Notes: generated from the sequence alone by a model not told the origin. Shown: positions 39,472-50,477, numbered from the whole stretch's first letter. The stretch is 62,127 nt of DNA, filler included, from 6 parts of 6 records of this genome joined end to end with filler, not necessarily neighbours in it, one strand, 5' to 3'. Numbers and translations: made by a program.

Positions 39472-39569
39472 TTGATTGATATCGATAGTCGCAGTATGTT
39501 TGTATCAGAAATAAAACGAAAACACAATTAAAGTTTAATAATCACTAGTGTCCGGTAAAAAGTAACTGG

Positions 39570-39669
39570 NNNNNNNNNNNNNNNNNNNNNNNNNNNNNNN
39601 NNNNNNNNNNNNNTTAATTAATTAANNNNNNNNNNNNNNNNNNNNNNNNNNNNNNNNNNNNNNNNNNNN
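39570..39669. other. Artificial contig spacer
   Basis: N44-TTAATTAATTAA-N44. Confidence 0.99.
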
Positions 39670-40410
39670 ATGATGTTTTAAAACGGTATGTGGAATTTCT
39701 CCGTGCGTAATAATTTGAATTGGGCAGTTATAATTGTTTAACTGATCTTGTGTAATTGTATTACTTCGGTGATAATGTAAATGACCGTTAACACAGGCAA
39801 TTGTTTTTACATAGCTCGAAATGGTTCCCAAGTCATGCGAAACCAGAATAATTGCCATTTCCTTATTAAGTTGACCAAGCCGCTCATATAATTCGCCTTC
39901 AAAACGGTTGTCGACAAAAGTGTCGGGTTCATCTAAAATCAGAACTTTTGGATCGCTGAGCAATGCACGGCATAAAAAAACACGTTGCATTTGTCCTCCT
40001 GAAAGTTCTCCGATGGCTCTGTTTCTTATGCTTTCAATGCCCATTTCATGTAATAAGCTGTCTACTTTATTTTTTAATTCCGAAGATTTTATTTTCTTCT
40101 GACCTTCCATTAAAGAACCCGATCGTACAACATCAAAAACAGTGATTGGGAACTTCCTGTCGATGTGCCTTACCTGTGGTAAGTAGCCAATGGGTTTTTT
40201 CCTTTTATTTATATCTTCTCTGAAAATTATTTTCCCTTCTGTAGGTTTTAATAAACCTAAAACGGTTTTTAGCAAGGTCGTTTTTCCCCCGCCATTCGGT
40301 CCGATTACACCAATGAAGTCATTCTCAAAAATTTCAAGATGAACGTTTTCCAGGACCGGAATTTTATCGTAACCAGCAGAAAGATTTTCTATTTTAATTA
40401 ATGGATTCAT
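39670..40410 (-). CDS. znuC: Zn/Mn ABC transporter ATP-binding protein (3' end cut)
   Basis: GPNGGGKT, LSGGQMQR, ILDEP, VSHD; coupled to the SBP gene. Confidence 0.85.
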
Positions 40411-41288
40411 TAAAAATTATCGATCAGGATTTGAGTAATTAGTTTTAGATTCTCTTCCCAGTTGGGATCTAACGGACTTACCTGAATTATTTCACCATCA
40501 ATTTCATCGGCAAAAACACGGGCGTGGTCGCGGTCGAATTCTGTTTGGATATAAATAACTTTTATATTTTCCGATTTCGCCAAATCAACAACATTCTTTA
40601 AATGCTGGGGTGTTGGTTCTTTGCCACCCGATTCGAGCGAGTATTGTTCAAGTCCGTAATCGCGGGCATAATATGAGAGACTTGGGTGAAAAACAATAAT
40701 TTTTCTGCCTTCAAAATCTTTTAGTTCATTTTTTATATGAACATGAAGGAGATCGATTTCTTTTACAAATTTCAAATAATTGATTTTATATTCCGGTGCT
40801 TTTTCAGGATTCATTTCTGTTAAAACATCGATAATTCGTTTTGCCATTTGTTTTACTAAAACCGGAGAGAGCCAAATATGCGGGTCTACTCCATTCATAT
40901 GCACATGGTCGCCATGCTGTTCCATTTGATCTGCAATTAAATCAAGTCCTTCAGAAAGATCTACAACCTGCATATTTTTGTTGGCCTGCTCAATTTTGTC
41001 CTTCCATGAATATTCAAATCCAATGTAACCAATGCGAAACCACAATACAGAGTTGGCAATGTCTTTTAACTGCGATGGCAAAAGGGTATAAGCAGCCGGA
41101 CTTGCACCCGGTGGTATAAGAACATTTATTTCGAAATCGTCGCCGGCTATTTTTTTGACAAATGTTTTTTCAGGAAGTATGCTTACAGTAATTACTTTCT
41201 TTTCATTGGGATTTTCGTTTTTAGTTTTGCTCGATTGGCATGAAAACAGAACAATTGCTGATGTTATTATTAAAATTAATTTCTTCAT
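40410..41288 (-). CDS. znuA: Zn/Mn ABC transporter substrate-binding lipoprotein
   Basis: Lipobox LFSC, His-rich loop HGDHVH, DPHIWLSP, FHPS, KEPT. Confidence 0.88.
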   Translation of the reverse strand: MKKLILIITSAIVLFSCQSSKTKNENPNEKKVITVSILPEKTFVKKIAGDDFEINVLIPPGASPAAYTLLPSQLKDIANSVLWFRIGYIGFEYSWKDKIEQANKNMQVVDLSEGLDLIADQMEQHGDHVHMNGVDPHIWLSPVLVKQMAKRIIDVLTEMNPEKAPEYKINYLKFVKEIDLLHVHIKNELKDFEGRKIIVFHPSLSYYARDYGLEQYSLESGGKEPTPQHLKNVVDLAKSENIKVIYIQTEFDRDHARVFADEIDGEIIQVSPLDPNWEENLKLITQILIDNF

Positions 41289-41361
41289 AGTTTTCTTTAA
41301 AAAAGTTATCCTCAATAAACAATTAAAGGCAAATTTAGTTTTAATCATTCAGAAAAATATA

Positions 41362-41643
41362 TTATTTAAGTTTCATTTTCTTCACTTTCATTTTTTCATT
41401 TGGAGGTACCGGATCGTAACCATGAGTACCCCACGGGTGACATTTAGAAATTCGTTTTGTTGTTAGCCAGAATCCTTTAAATGGGCCATGTATTTTTATT
41501 GCCTGTAATGCATATTCCGAACAAGTAGGAATATGCCGGCATGAAGCAGGAGTTAATGGCGAAATTGCATATTTGTAAAAATATACCGGAATGAGTAAAA
41601 CCCATCCAAGAATTTTAAAAATCGCTTTAACTATACTTTTCAT
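41362..41643 (-). CDS. yidD: Membrane protein insertion efficiency factor
   Basis: ISP...[11 protein letters not shown]...CHPWG..GYDPVP. Confidence 0.96.
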   Translation of the reverse strand: MKSIVKAIFKILGWVLLIPVYFYKYAISPLTPASCRHIPTCSEYALQAIKIHGPFKGFWLTTKRISKCHPWGTHGYDPVPPNEKMKVKKMKLK

Positions 41644-42042
41644 AGCAATAATTCTTCTGCAAAGCTACAATTAATCCCTGAGTTGTATAATATTCGTTTG
41701 CAGGGTTGTTAAAAATTCATAAAAAGAGACATGGGAATATTAGCTTGCCCTTTTAAAACAGTCAATGTAGACGTTTTAAAAATTGTAAGAAGAGCCAGTT
41801 ACTTCTTTGCTTAATCCATTTTTTTCATTTTATTTGTATAGCCTTTAGGTAAGGTGAATTAAATTTTCAACATCCAACTAGAATTACCGGTTTTTGGAAA
41901 ACGGAAAAGGTTTTTTAATTGTTGGTTTGTTGATGTAAGAATAAGCTAAATCAAAACAAATAAAATAATTATTAAAATCAAACCAGAATTCAGGTTCTCA
42001 TTACTTCTAACTGGAATCTGACATCTTATTAAAAAATCATTT

Positions 42043-43329
42043 ATGGAAACTAAAAATCAAAATTACACGGTGCCAATTCTTATGATGATCCTACTTTTTG
42101 GGATGATCGCTTTTGTCACAAATCTTGCTGCTCCGATGGGAGTTGTATTAAAAAGCCAGTTTGGTGCTTCTAATTTTCAGGGAATGTTAGGAAATGCGGC
42201 GAATTTCATTGCTTATGCAGTAATGGGAATTCCCGGTGGTCTTCTTTTACAACGAATTGGTTACAAAAAAACAGCATTAATTGCAATTGCAGTTGGTTTT
42301 GTTGGTGTAGGAATTCAATATTTTTCAGGTCATGCAAGTGAAACTTCTGCATTTACTGTTTACCTGATTGGTGCATTTGTTGCAGGTTTTTCAATGACAT
42401 TACTTAACACTGTAGTAAATCCAATGCTTAATACCCTTGGTGGTGAAGGAAATAAAGGAAACCAGTTAATTCAGGTTGGAGGTTCGTTTAATTCGGTAAT
42501 GGCTACTTTTACTCCTGCTTTTGTAGGTATTTTAATTGGTGAAGCAGCCAGTGCTCGTATTACGGATGTATTTCCTGTAATGTACATTGCTTTAGGAATC
42601 TTTGCGCTTGCATTCTTTGTATTAATGGCTGTTAGAATTCCTGAACCAAGTATTGAATTCGCTTCAGAACCAATGAAAAATCTGATGTCGGGTGCATTGA
42701 AATTCCGTCATTTTATTTTCGGCGCAATAGGTATTTTTGTATATGTAGGTGTTGAGGTAGGAGTACCCGGAACAATGATGCTTTGGTTAACTGATCCATC
42801 TGTAGGAATAGGTGCAGGTACTGCAGGTTCTGTAGCAGGAACTTATTGGTTATTGATGTTAGTCGGACGTTTAGTTGGAGCATCAATAGGGAGCAAGGTG
42901 TCGAGCCGAACTATGCTAACATTTGCTTCATTTGTAGGTATAATTCTAATTCTGGCAGCTATATTACTTCCGTCATCAACTATGGTTGACATGCCTGTAT
43001 TTAAATCAGCCGGAAGCTCACTTTCATTTGGTTTGGCTGAAGTTCCGATTAATGCTATGTTTCTTGTGTTGGTAGGTTTATGTACATCTATTATGTGGGG
43101 TGGTATTTTTAACCTGGCTGTTGAAGGTCTGGGTAAATATGTTGCAGCCGCTTCAGGTATTTTTATGACACTTGTAGTAGGTGGTGGACTTCTTCCTTTG
43201 GTTCAGAATGCTGTTGCCGACAGTGTAGGATTCCAGCCTTCATACTGGGTACCACTTCTCGGATTAGCTTACTTGTTATTCTATGCCCTTGTTGGTAGTA
43301 AAGTAACAAAACGTGCTGATGCAGTATAA
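42043..43329 (+). CDS. MFS sugar transporter (FucP/GluP/NagP-like)
   Basis: ~12 TM helices, RIGYK, YVGVEV, SIMWGGIF, GGGLLP. Confidence 0.88.
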   Translation: METKNQNYTVPILMMILLFGMIAFVTNLAAPMGVVLKSQFGASNFQGMLGNAANFIAYAVMGIPGGLLLQRIGYKKTALIAIAVGFVGVGIQYFSGHASETSAFTVYLIGAFVAGFSMTLLNTVVNPMLNTLGGEGNKGNQLIQVGGSFNSVMATFTPAFVGILIGEAASARITDVFPVMYIALGIFALAFFVLMAVRIPEPSIEFASEPMKNLMSGALKFRHFIFGAIGIFVYVGVEVGVPGTMMLWLTDPSVGIGAGTAGSVAGTYWLLMLVGRLVGASIGSKVSSRTMLTFASFVGIILILAAILLPSSTMVDMPVFKSAGSSLSFGLAEVPINAMFLVLVGLCTSIMWGGIFNLAVEGLGKYVAAASGIFMTLVVGGGLLPLVQNAVADSVGFQPSYWVPLLGLAYLLFYALVGSKVTKRADAV

Positions 43330-43396
43330 GTGTAAACATTAAAATGATTTTAAAGAGTATAAATCGTTTATTAGATTAATTAAAGAATTAAAACGA

Positions 43397-44374
43397 ATGA
43401 AAAAAGTAGCAATTGGTGTTGATATTGGCGGTACAAATACAGCCATTGGTGTTGTTGATCCGGAAGGAAATGTAATGGTAAAAGATAATATCCCAACACC
43501 TTCACATGGGGATATTAATAAATATATATCAGATTTGTCGGATGCAATTAAGGAATTAATTAAATCGGTAAAACTATTAAACAAAGATATTCAGGTTCTT
43601 GGAATTGGAATTGGGGCTCCTAACGGGAACTATTACAGTGGAACCATTGAATATGCACCGAATTTATCGTTTAAAGGAGTTGTGCATTTGGTGAAATTAC
43701 TTCGCAATCATTTTACAGAAATGGAAGCGTTGGCATTAACAAACGATGCAAATGCGGCTGCTATAGGCGAAATGATTTACGGTGGAGCCAAGGGAATGAA
43801 AAACTTTGTAATGTTTACTTTAGGAACCGGTGTTGGTAGCGGAATTGTTGTTAATGGCGATCTTGTTTACGGACACGATGGCTTTGCCGGAGAATGTGGA
43901 CATACAACTCTAGTTCCGGGAGGACGCCTTTGTGGTTGTAGCGCATTGGGGCACCTTGAAGCGTATTGTTCTGCTCCGGGTATGAAACGTACAGCTTTCG
44001 AATTAATGGTACAATATAATGCCACCGACAGTATGCTTGCTGATAAGTCATTTAATGAATTGGATTCAAAAATGATTTACGATGCAGCCGAAAAAGGCGA
44101 CAAAATTGCATTGGAAGTGTTTGAAAAAACAGGTGCATGGCTCGGACAAGGTTTGGCTGATACTGTACACCATTTGAGCCCTGAAGCTGTTTTCCTTTTT
44201 GGTGGACCTACTGCGGCAGGAGATTATATTTTCAAACCAACAAAAGAAAATATGGAAAAGCATTTGCTTCCTATTTTTAATGACAAAATTAAAATCTTAC
44301 CTTCTGAATTAAAACCTGGTGATGCTGCAATTGTTGGAGCAAGTGCTTTGGTTTGGAAAGAATTGGAGAAATAG
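43397..44374 (+). CDS. ROK-family sugar kinase (glucokinase-like)
   Basis: GVDIGGT, NDANAAA, TLGTGVGSG, GECGH, CGC..GHLE. Confidence 0.93.
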   Translation: MKKVAIGVDIGGTNTAIGVVDPEGNVMVKDNIPTPSHGDINKYISDLSDAIKELIKSVKLLNKDIQVLGIGIGAPNGNYYSGTIEYAPNLSFKGVVHLVKLLRNHFTEMEALALTNDANAAAIGEMIYGGAKGMKNFVMFTLGTGVGSGIVVNGDLVYGHDGFAGECGHTTLVPGGRLCGCSALGHLEAYCSAPGMKRTAFELMVQYNATDSMLADKSFNELDSKMIYDAAEKGDKIALEVFEKTGAWLGQGLADTVHHLSPEAVFLFGGPTAAGDYIFKPTKENMEKHLLPIFNDKIKILPSELKPGDAAIVGASALVWKELEK

Positions 44375-44396
44375 ATTTATATCGATATAATTTAAG

Positions 44397-44427
44397 AAGC
44401 GGGCTTTTTGAAAGTCCGCTTTTTTTA
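44397..44427 (+). terminator. Terminator after ROK kinase
   Basis: AAGCGGGCTTT-TTG-AAAGTCCGCTT followed by a T run. Confidence 0.8.
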
Positions 44428-44475
44428 TGCCCATTTAGAATTATGTTTTGCCTGAAACCTTTTTATCTTTGAAAA

Positions 44476-45413
44476 ATGGGAAGGATATTTTTCAATATAT
44501 CGATTTTAATATTATTAACTCTTTCCGCTTTTGCTCAGAAATACGATTCCTTGTTTGTCGATAAAATTGCATCGTACGAAAGTAACAGTCACTCTCTTAA
44601 ATCTGTTTTTCAGGAAAGTGCAAACTTTGGTTTATACGATTTGGTTTATCAACGAATGGAGTGGGAGGTTGATCCCGAAATTCGATATATAAAAGGGAAT
44701 GTTACTTCGTATTTTAAAAGTGAAATAGAAGATCTTTCTGAAATTGAATTTGATTTAAGCAATGTTTTAACTGTCGATTCAATAATTCAAGAAGGGGAAA
44801 AAGTAGAATTTGTTCATTTAAACAATAAGGTACTTATTCAGTTAAGCAGAACAACTGGAATTCAACAAATCGATTCTGTTTCTGTGTTTTATAAAGGCGA
44901 ACCGGCGAATACCTGGTTTGGTTCTTTCACAAAAAGTCAACATAACGGAGTGCCAATAATCTGGACACTTTCAGAACCATACGGTGCATTAGATTGGTGG
45001 CCATGTAAACAATCTCTGGCCGATAAAATAGATTCTATAGATATAATTGTTAAAACTCCTGAATTATATCGCACAGCCAGCAACGGAATCCTTGCCTCTG
45101 AAAAAGCAGGTAGCGGTTTTCGAACTATGCACTGGAAACATCGGTTCCCGATAGCTACTTATTTGGTTGCTATTGCAGTTACAAATTATACCAACTATTC
45201 AGAGTTTTTAGAACTGGATGATAGCAATAAGATTGAGATTTTAAATTTTGTGTATCCTGAAGATGAAGTTTCTGCAAAGGAGAACAGTGGAGTAACATTA
45301 CAAATTATGGAACTTTTCAATAAAAAAATTGGAATTTATCCGTTTGCCAGTGAAAAATACGGGCATGCTCAATTTGGTTGGACAGGAGGAATGGAACATC
45401 AAACCATGAGTTT
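44476..45413 (+). CDS. Secreted M1-family aminopeptidase (3' truncated)
   Basis: Signal peptide, SEPYGA..WWPC, ASNG, YLVAIAV, GGMEHQT. Confidence 0.88.
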
Positions 45414-45513
45414 NNNNNNNNNNNNNNNNNNNNNNNNNNNNNNNNNNNNNNNNNNNNTTAATTAATTAANNNNNNNNNNNNNNNNNNNNNNNNNNNNNNN
45501 NNNNNNNNNNNNN
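45414..45513. other. Artificial contig spacer
   Basis: N44-TTAATTAATTAA-N44. Confidence 0.99.
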
Positions 45514-46314
45514 AAGAATGGAAAATGGGTTGATGAAGCGAACTGTCTTCTTAATTATGCCGTTATTCCGGACGGAGAGTTTTTGATGGGATGCGATCTT
45601 GAGAAAGAGGGTCACTGTGAAGAAAATAATGTTCCGATTCATGAGCTGAGATTGTCAGAATATTCCATTGATAAGTTTGAAGTTACCACTGAAAGATACG
45701 AGCAGTGCATAGCATCAGGCTTTTGCAACAACGATGATGCAGACAAGCCTCACTATGAGACTTCTGCAGAGTCATACAAGTGTAATATTGATAACCCCGA
45801 CAGAGATAATCACCCTGCAAACTGCATAAGCTGGTACGGAGCAAAAGCTTTTTGCGAATGGAATGAAATGAGACTTCCAACAGAGGCTGAGTGGGAAAAA
45901 TCAGCTAGAGCTGGAAATGTACAAATCTATCCATGGGGAAATTCTCCGGAACCTGACTGTGATTATGCTATTATGAAAACAGTTTCTTCCGGCTGTGGGG
46001 ATAATGTTACCTATCCGGTAGGAACAAACCCATTGGGAATCTCACCTTTTGGCCTTTACAACATGGGTGGGAACGTAGCTGAGTATGTGAGTGACTGGTA
46101 TAGCAGCGTTTTTTATGAAGATGAAGCTGCAGAGGCTAGGGACTGTGCCGGGCCTGAGCAACCGGAAACAAGTTACGAAGGATACAAAGTTTGTCGAGGC
46201 GGATCATATCTATACGATGAAAGAAGAACAAGAACAGCATATAGAAGTGCCTGTAAAATTGATGACTTTTCTTCTGATATCGGTTTTCGTTGCGCCAAAG
46301 ACAAAAAGGATTAG
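45514..46314 (+). CDS. FGE-sulfatase (SUMF1) domain protein, 5' truncated
   Basis: Frame is open from the contig start (IPDGEFLMG); RLPTEAEWEKSAR, YPWG, MGGNVAE, RGGSY, GFRC. Confidence 0.88.
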   Translation, partial: KNGKWVDEANCLLNYAVIPDGEFLMGCDLEKEGHCEENNVPIHELRLSEYSIDKFEVTTERYEQCIASGFCNNDDADKPHYETSAESYKCNIDNPDRDNHPANCISWYGAKAFCEWNEMRLPTEAEWEKSARAGNVQIYPWGNSPEPDCDYAIMKTVSSGCGDNVTYPVGTNPLGISPFGLYNMGGNVAEYVSDWYSSVFYEDEAAEARDCAGPEQPETSYEGYKVCRGGSYLYDERRTRTAYRSACKIDDFSSDIGFRCAKDKKD

Positions 46315-46389
46315 TTCTTCAAGCCTCTTTTTCTTTACAGCATTCCTTGGTTTTATATAATGACGAAGCTTTAATTTTACGAGGGCAGT

Positions 46390-48033
46390 ATGAGCTATCA
46401 GGTTGTTGCAAGAAAATGGAGACCTCAGATCTTTGGAGATGTTATCGGTCAGGATCACATTACCGAAACATTGAAGTTTGCCATAACGAAGAACAGGGTT
46501 GCTCCGGTCTATCTTTTTACCGGTATTAGAGGAACGGGAAAGACCTCTTTAGCTAGAATTATGGTGAAAAGTCTGAACTGTCTTGATCTTTCTGCAGGCG
46601 ACGGTGAGCCATGTAATAAGTGCGAGAATTGTCTTGAGATAATGGACAATAGAAGTCCGGATATTGTTGAGATCGATGGTGCTTCGAACAACTCTGTTGA
46701 TGATGTAAGGAACATTAAGGAAAATATCACATATTCTCCAGTAAAATCAAAGTATAAGGTTTATGTGATCGATGAAGTTCATATGCTTAGTAAGTCAGCA
46801 TTTAACGCACTTCTTAAAACTCTTGAAGAGCCTCCTTCACATGCACTATTCATATTAGCGACGACCGATCCTCAGAAAATTCCAACGACTGTTCTAAGCC
46901 GCTGTCAAAGATATGACCTTCGAAGACTTTCGATCGAAGATGTTGCAAAACAGCTGTCAAAAATTCTTGATTCAGAAAAGATAGAATATGACATGGAGTC
47001 TCTTTATTCCATTGCCAGGGAAGGCGAGGGAAGTATGAGAGATAGCCAGACAATTCTTGAGCAGCTTGTCACTTTTGGAGATGGAAAGATCAGCGAGAAC
47101 GAGGTCGCTTTGATTCTTGGAAACTCTGATAAAACTGTTCTTAGGTCAGTTATTGAAAACATCTCTTCAAAAGATGCACAGAGTGCAGTAACTTTGGTCA
47201 GAGATATCTATAAGAATGGTAAATCAGTTGAAAAAGCTTTTAGAGATATCCTTCAGATGCTCCACCATATCGTCCTTTATTCACAGCTTAAAAATGAAAA
47301 TTTCATTGAAGCTCCCGAGGAAGAAAAAACATGGATAAAAACATGCTCAAAAAAAGCTTCTACTCCTGACTGGATAAGGTTGTTCAGATTCTGGAACGAT
47401 GAATATGAAAAGATAAAACTGTCAGAGTTTGCATTGATGGTTTTTGAAGTCTCTGTTATCACAGCTTGCGGTTTTCCGACAATGGCTGATTTTAAAATGG
47501 TAGCAAAGAACATTTCAGAATTAGCTGGTGGCGAAAAAAAAAATCCTGAACCGATCATAGATAAAAAGCCGGAAGCTCCGGCGCTCCAAAAAGAAGCTGA
47601 TCCTGTAAAACCCGCTGAAATAATTGAAGATAAACCAAAAAAGCAAAGTGAGCCGAAGCCTGCAAAAGTTGTTCAAAAGTGGAAATCATTCGTTGAGCAC
47701 ATGAAAAGATCAGATAGTTTTTTCTCAGGAGCTTTAACGAATCTTCCCTACGAAGAAGAGGGCGACAAGATCTCAATTTCTGTAAATATCAACCTTGACC
47801 TTGCCAAAAAGGACATACTTGAGCGATTAAAAAAAGAATTCAATATCTTTTTTAAAGGACTTAAGGAGCTTCAAGTCAAACTGGAGGGAGAGAGCGGGCT
47901 TTCAATTTTCAGCGAAAAAGAAATTGAAAAGAACAATGAAATTAAAAAAAGAACTGAAACAATTAAGGAAAGCTCTGCAGTAAAACAAGCACAGCAAATG
48001 GGTTTTTCACTCAAAAAGATTAACGTAGAATGA
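46390..48033 (+). CDS. dnaX: DNA polymerase III subunits gamma/tau
   Basis: ARKWRPQ.F, G.RGTGKTS, PCNKCENC, EIDGASN, IDEVHMLS, SRCQ. Confidence 0.97.
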   Translation: MSYQVVARKWRPQIFGDVIGQDHITETLKFAITKNRVAPVYLFTGIRGTGKTSLARIMVKSLNCLDLSAGDGEPCNKCENCLEIMDNRSPDIVEIDGASNNSVDDVRNIKENITYSPVKSKYKVYVIDEVHMLSKSAFNALLKTLEEPPSHALFILATTDPQKIPTTVLSRCQRYDLRRLSIEDVAKQLSKILDSEKIEYDMESLYSIAREGEGSMRDSQTILEQLVTFGDGKISENEVALILGNSDKTVLRSVIENISSKDAQSAVTLVRDIYKNGKSVEKAFRDILQMLHHIVLYSQLKNENFIEAPEEEKTWIKTCSKKASTPDWIRLFRFWNDEYEKIKLSEFALMVFEVSVITACGFPTMADFKMVAKNISELAGGEKKNPEPIIDKKPEAPALQKEADPVKPAEIIEDKPKKQSEPKPAKVVQKWKSFVEHMKRSDSFFSGALTNLPYEEEGDKISISVNINLDLAKKDILERLKKEFNIFFKGLKELQVKLEGESGLSIFSEKEIEKNNEIKKRTETIKESSAVKQAQQMGFSLKKINVE

Positions 48034-50165
48034 AGAAAGATAAAGTCTTTGGAATCATTACATCTATTGCTTTCTTTCTGGTCTTCTTTGTTTGGGGAAC
48101 CAAGGGAAAGTTTTGGACGGTTTTCACAGCTTTTTATCCTAAATTTCATATAATTTTTATAAGCACGGCTCTTGTTGCGCTTCTTATCTCTTTTCTTTTC
48201 TCCAAACCGGTTTCCAAAGTTTTTAATGCGGTTCTTGCTCATAGATATAAAATTTTTCCTGTAACAGGGTTTGCTCTTTCAGCATTGATAGCGGTTTTTG
48301 TTTTTCAAAGCATTCCTCATGTCGTTGATGCCAGTCATTTTCTTTGGACAGCGCGAGTTTTTATTGAAACAGGTTCATTTCATATACCTACAAGCGAGCT
48401 TTATGAATATTACAGAAACACTTTTAATGTTGATCTGGGTGCAAATTATCTTTCACTTTTTCTGCCGGGATTTTCAATTTTTCTTGTTCCTTTTGAGCTT
48501 TTTGGCATTTCGTTTCTTTTTACACCGATCTGTAATGGTGTTTCGATCCTGCTTGCAGGAAAGATCGCAGACAGGCAGTTTAAAGACGAAAGAGTTTCGT
48601 TTTTCGCAATGTTTTTCAGTGTTTTCAGCTCTTTTTATCTTTTTATGGGCGCTTCTTTTATGACGCATTCGTTTAACCTCATGCTTACACTTTTTACGAT
48701 CTATATGGTGTTGACAAAAGATAAGAACCGACACTTTCTTCTGGCAGGTGCCAGTTCAGCGATAATGCTTTTTATAAGACCGCAAAATGCCTTTTTTGTT
48801 TATGTATCTACTTTGATCTTTATGTTTTTAAAAGGGAAGAGAAGCTTAAAAAAAGCGGCGATCTTTACTGCTCCGTTTATCGGTGTAGGGTTCTTACTGA
48901 TGTTCTACAACTGGTATTACACTGGACATCCGACGGTTTTCCCTCAGGATATCTACTTTTCGATCAGAGAGCCATATGAGTTTTGTCACCGGATTGGCCT
49001 AGGGAAGGGCTGTCCAAATACTGAAGGGGATTATCTTCCTTTAGGTGGGCTCACAATGGGCTATGCTTTCTGGGTGGCATTAACGAGAATAACTCTGATG
49101 AACTTTAATCTTTGCGGGCACCCGCTAATTTTCATTTTCATCATTATTTCTTTTATCTTTGCCTTTAGGAAAAATTTTGAAGTCTCGATTTATTTCATAG
49201 TGTTTTTCATAGGTTACTACTTCTTTTATTTGCCGGGCAACCTCTTTGGCCCAAGGTATTTCTTTGAAGTTGCTTCACTGCTTTTTATTCCAGCCGGATA
49301 CGGGTTTTTTATGCTTAGAGATAAGGTTGGGAAAATTCCTAAAGCGGTCATAACTGCAGTGCCTATTTCCATTTTTATTTTCCTGTTTGCGGTCATTATG
49401 CCAAGTTTGATGAGGCAGTTCTCAGATACTTTCTGGAGAACAGATAGGGCGATCGAAAGGGCGATAAAAAAGGAAGAGATAAAAAACAGCATCGTTTTTA
49501 TCCCCAAATACTATGCGCCGGTTTTCCTGAATTTGATGACAAAGCCTCCGCATGATGACAACGGGAATCTTATTCTTCTGGACCTTGAAGAGGAAAATAG
49601 TTATGCCTGTTCCTATTTCATGGAAAAAGGGAACTATGAGGGAGCTTATGTCGTTGATTACTATGAAAAGCTCAAAAATAAAACAGCGATCACACCAATG
49701 TATGAGTGTGCCAGAGAAAATATAAAGTTTGAATTTGAAGATAAGAGAATGCCGCTAACAGGCAGACCTGACTACGGAGTTAACTTTGCTCAAAGCGAAG
49801 AAGAATATAAGAAGTTCTACCCGGTTAAAGAGCTCAAGGTCGATGTTTCCCAGGGGAGTCTCTTTGCGATGAAGTTTAAGTTTCTCAACGAAAAAAGTTA
49901 CTATGACTTTTCTCATCCAATCCTTGATGAAGGTGATTACAGCTTTACTTTAAATTATGTTTCGGAATATTGCGGCCCGGAAGTTGAGCTTTATATAAAT
50001 GATATAAAAGTTACAAAGATCAATATGTTCTCAGAAGAGCAGAAAAGAGAATCCATCACTATAGATCATCCCTTTAAAAGAGGAGTATCCACCTTCAAAC
50101 TAGTTCCTCTTGGTGGAAATTCCTGTGTCATGATAGATAATGTTGAAATGACGAGAATTGACTAA
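48030..50165 (+). CDS. Multi-TM GT-C-like glycosyltransferase with soluble C-terminal beta-sandwich
   Basis: ~12-13 TM helices, PHVVD loop, IRPQNA, GPRY; C-terminus with CBM-like pattern. ATGA overlap with dnaX. Confidence 0.6.
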   Translation: MKKDKVFGIITSIAFFLVFFVWGTKGKFWTVFTAFYPKFHIIFISTALVALLISFLFSKPVSKVFNAVLAHRYKIFPVTGFALSALIAVFVFQSIPHVVDASHFLWTARVFIETGSFHIPTSELYEYYRNTFNVDLGANYLSLFLPGFSIFLVPFELFGISFLFTPICNGVSILLAGKIADRQFKDERVSFFAMFFSVFSSFYLFMGASFMTHSFNLMLTLFTIYMVLTKDKNRHFLLAGASSAIMLFIRPQNAFFVYVSTLIFMFLKGKRSLKKAAIFTAPFIGVGFLLMFYNWYYTGHPTVFPQDIYFSIREPYEFCHRIGLGKGCPNTEGDYLPLGGLTMGYAFWVALTRITLMNFNLCGHPLIFIFIIISFIFAFRKNFEVSIYFIVFFIGYYFFYLPGNLFGPRYFFEVASLLFIPAGYGFFMLRDKVGKIPKAVITAVPISIFIFLFAVIMPSLMRQFSDTFWRTDRAIERAIKKEEIKNSIVFIPKYYAPVFLNLMTKPPHDDNGNLILLDLEEENSYACSYFMEKGNYEGAYVVDYYEKLKNKTAITPMYECARENIKFEFEDKRMPLTGRPDYGVNFAQSEEEYKKFYPVKELKVDVSQGSLFAMKFKFLNEKSYYDFSHPILDEGDYSFTLNYVSEYCGPEVELYINDIKVTKINMFSEEQKRESITIDHPFKRGVSTFKLVPLGGNSCVMIDNVEMTRID

Positions 50166-50178
50166 AAAGATCCACAAT

Positions 50179-50206
50179 TTGACAAACAAAAAATCTTCCA
50201 TACAAT
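50179..50206 (+). promoter_or_regulatory. sigma70-type promoter of rpsU
   Basis: TTGACA-N16-TACAAT. Confidence 0.6.
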
Positions 50207-50261
50207 CCTTAAGCTTCATGTTTCGTTAACAAATCTTGAAGTCGAAAGGTGGTGAAAGAAA

Positions 50262-50477
50262 ATGCGTAGACAAAAAATTATCGCTCCTTTGGAAGTTCGT
50301 GTCACTGATGATTTGGAAAGAGCAATTAAGATCCTCAAGAAGAAAATGGCGCTTGAAGGTCTTTACAAAGAGCTTAAGAAACGTCGTCACTACGAGCCGC
50401 CATCAGTACGGAAACGTCTGAAAAAAGAAGAAGCGGAAAGAAGACGCAGAAAGAACATGAAGAAAAAGAGAGGTTAA
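50262..50477 (+). CDS. rpsU: 30S ribosomal protein S21
   Basis: LERAIKILKKK...ELKKRRHYEPPSVRKRLKK..A.RR. Confidence 0.93.
   Translation: MRRQKIIAPLEVRVTDDLERAIKILKKKMALEGLYKELKKRRHYEPPSVRKRLKKEEAERRRRKNMKKKRG

Noticed and set aside
26093-39569. Genome-wide TAG-to-Gln recoding suggested by the kinase amber codon
   Set aside because: The 1552-aa gene on the same contig ends with TAG right after its CTD and before a terminator, and other long ORFs have no internal TAG.
45514-46314. FGE/C-type-lectin-fold gene as a diversity-generating retroelement target
   Set aside because: No template repeat or RT on this contig; the intron remnant is on a different contig.
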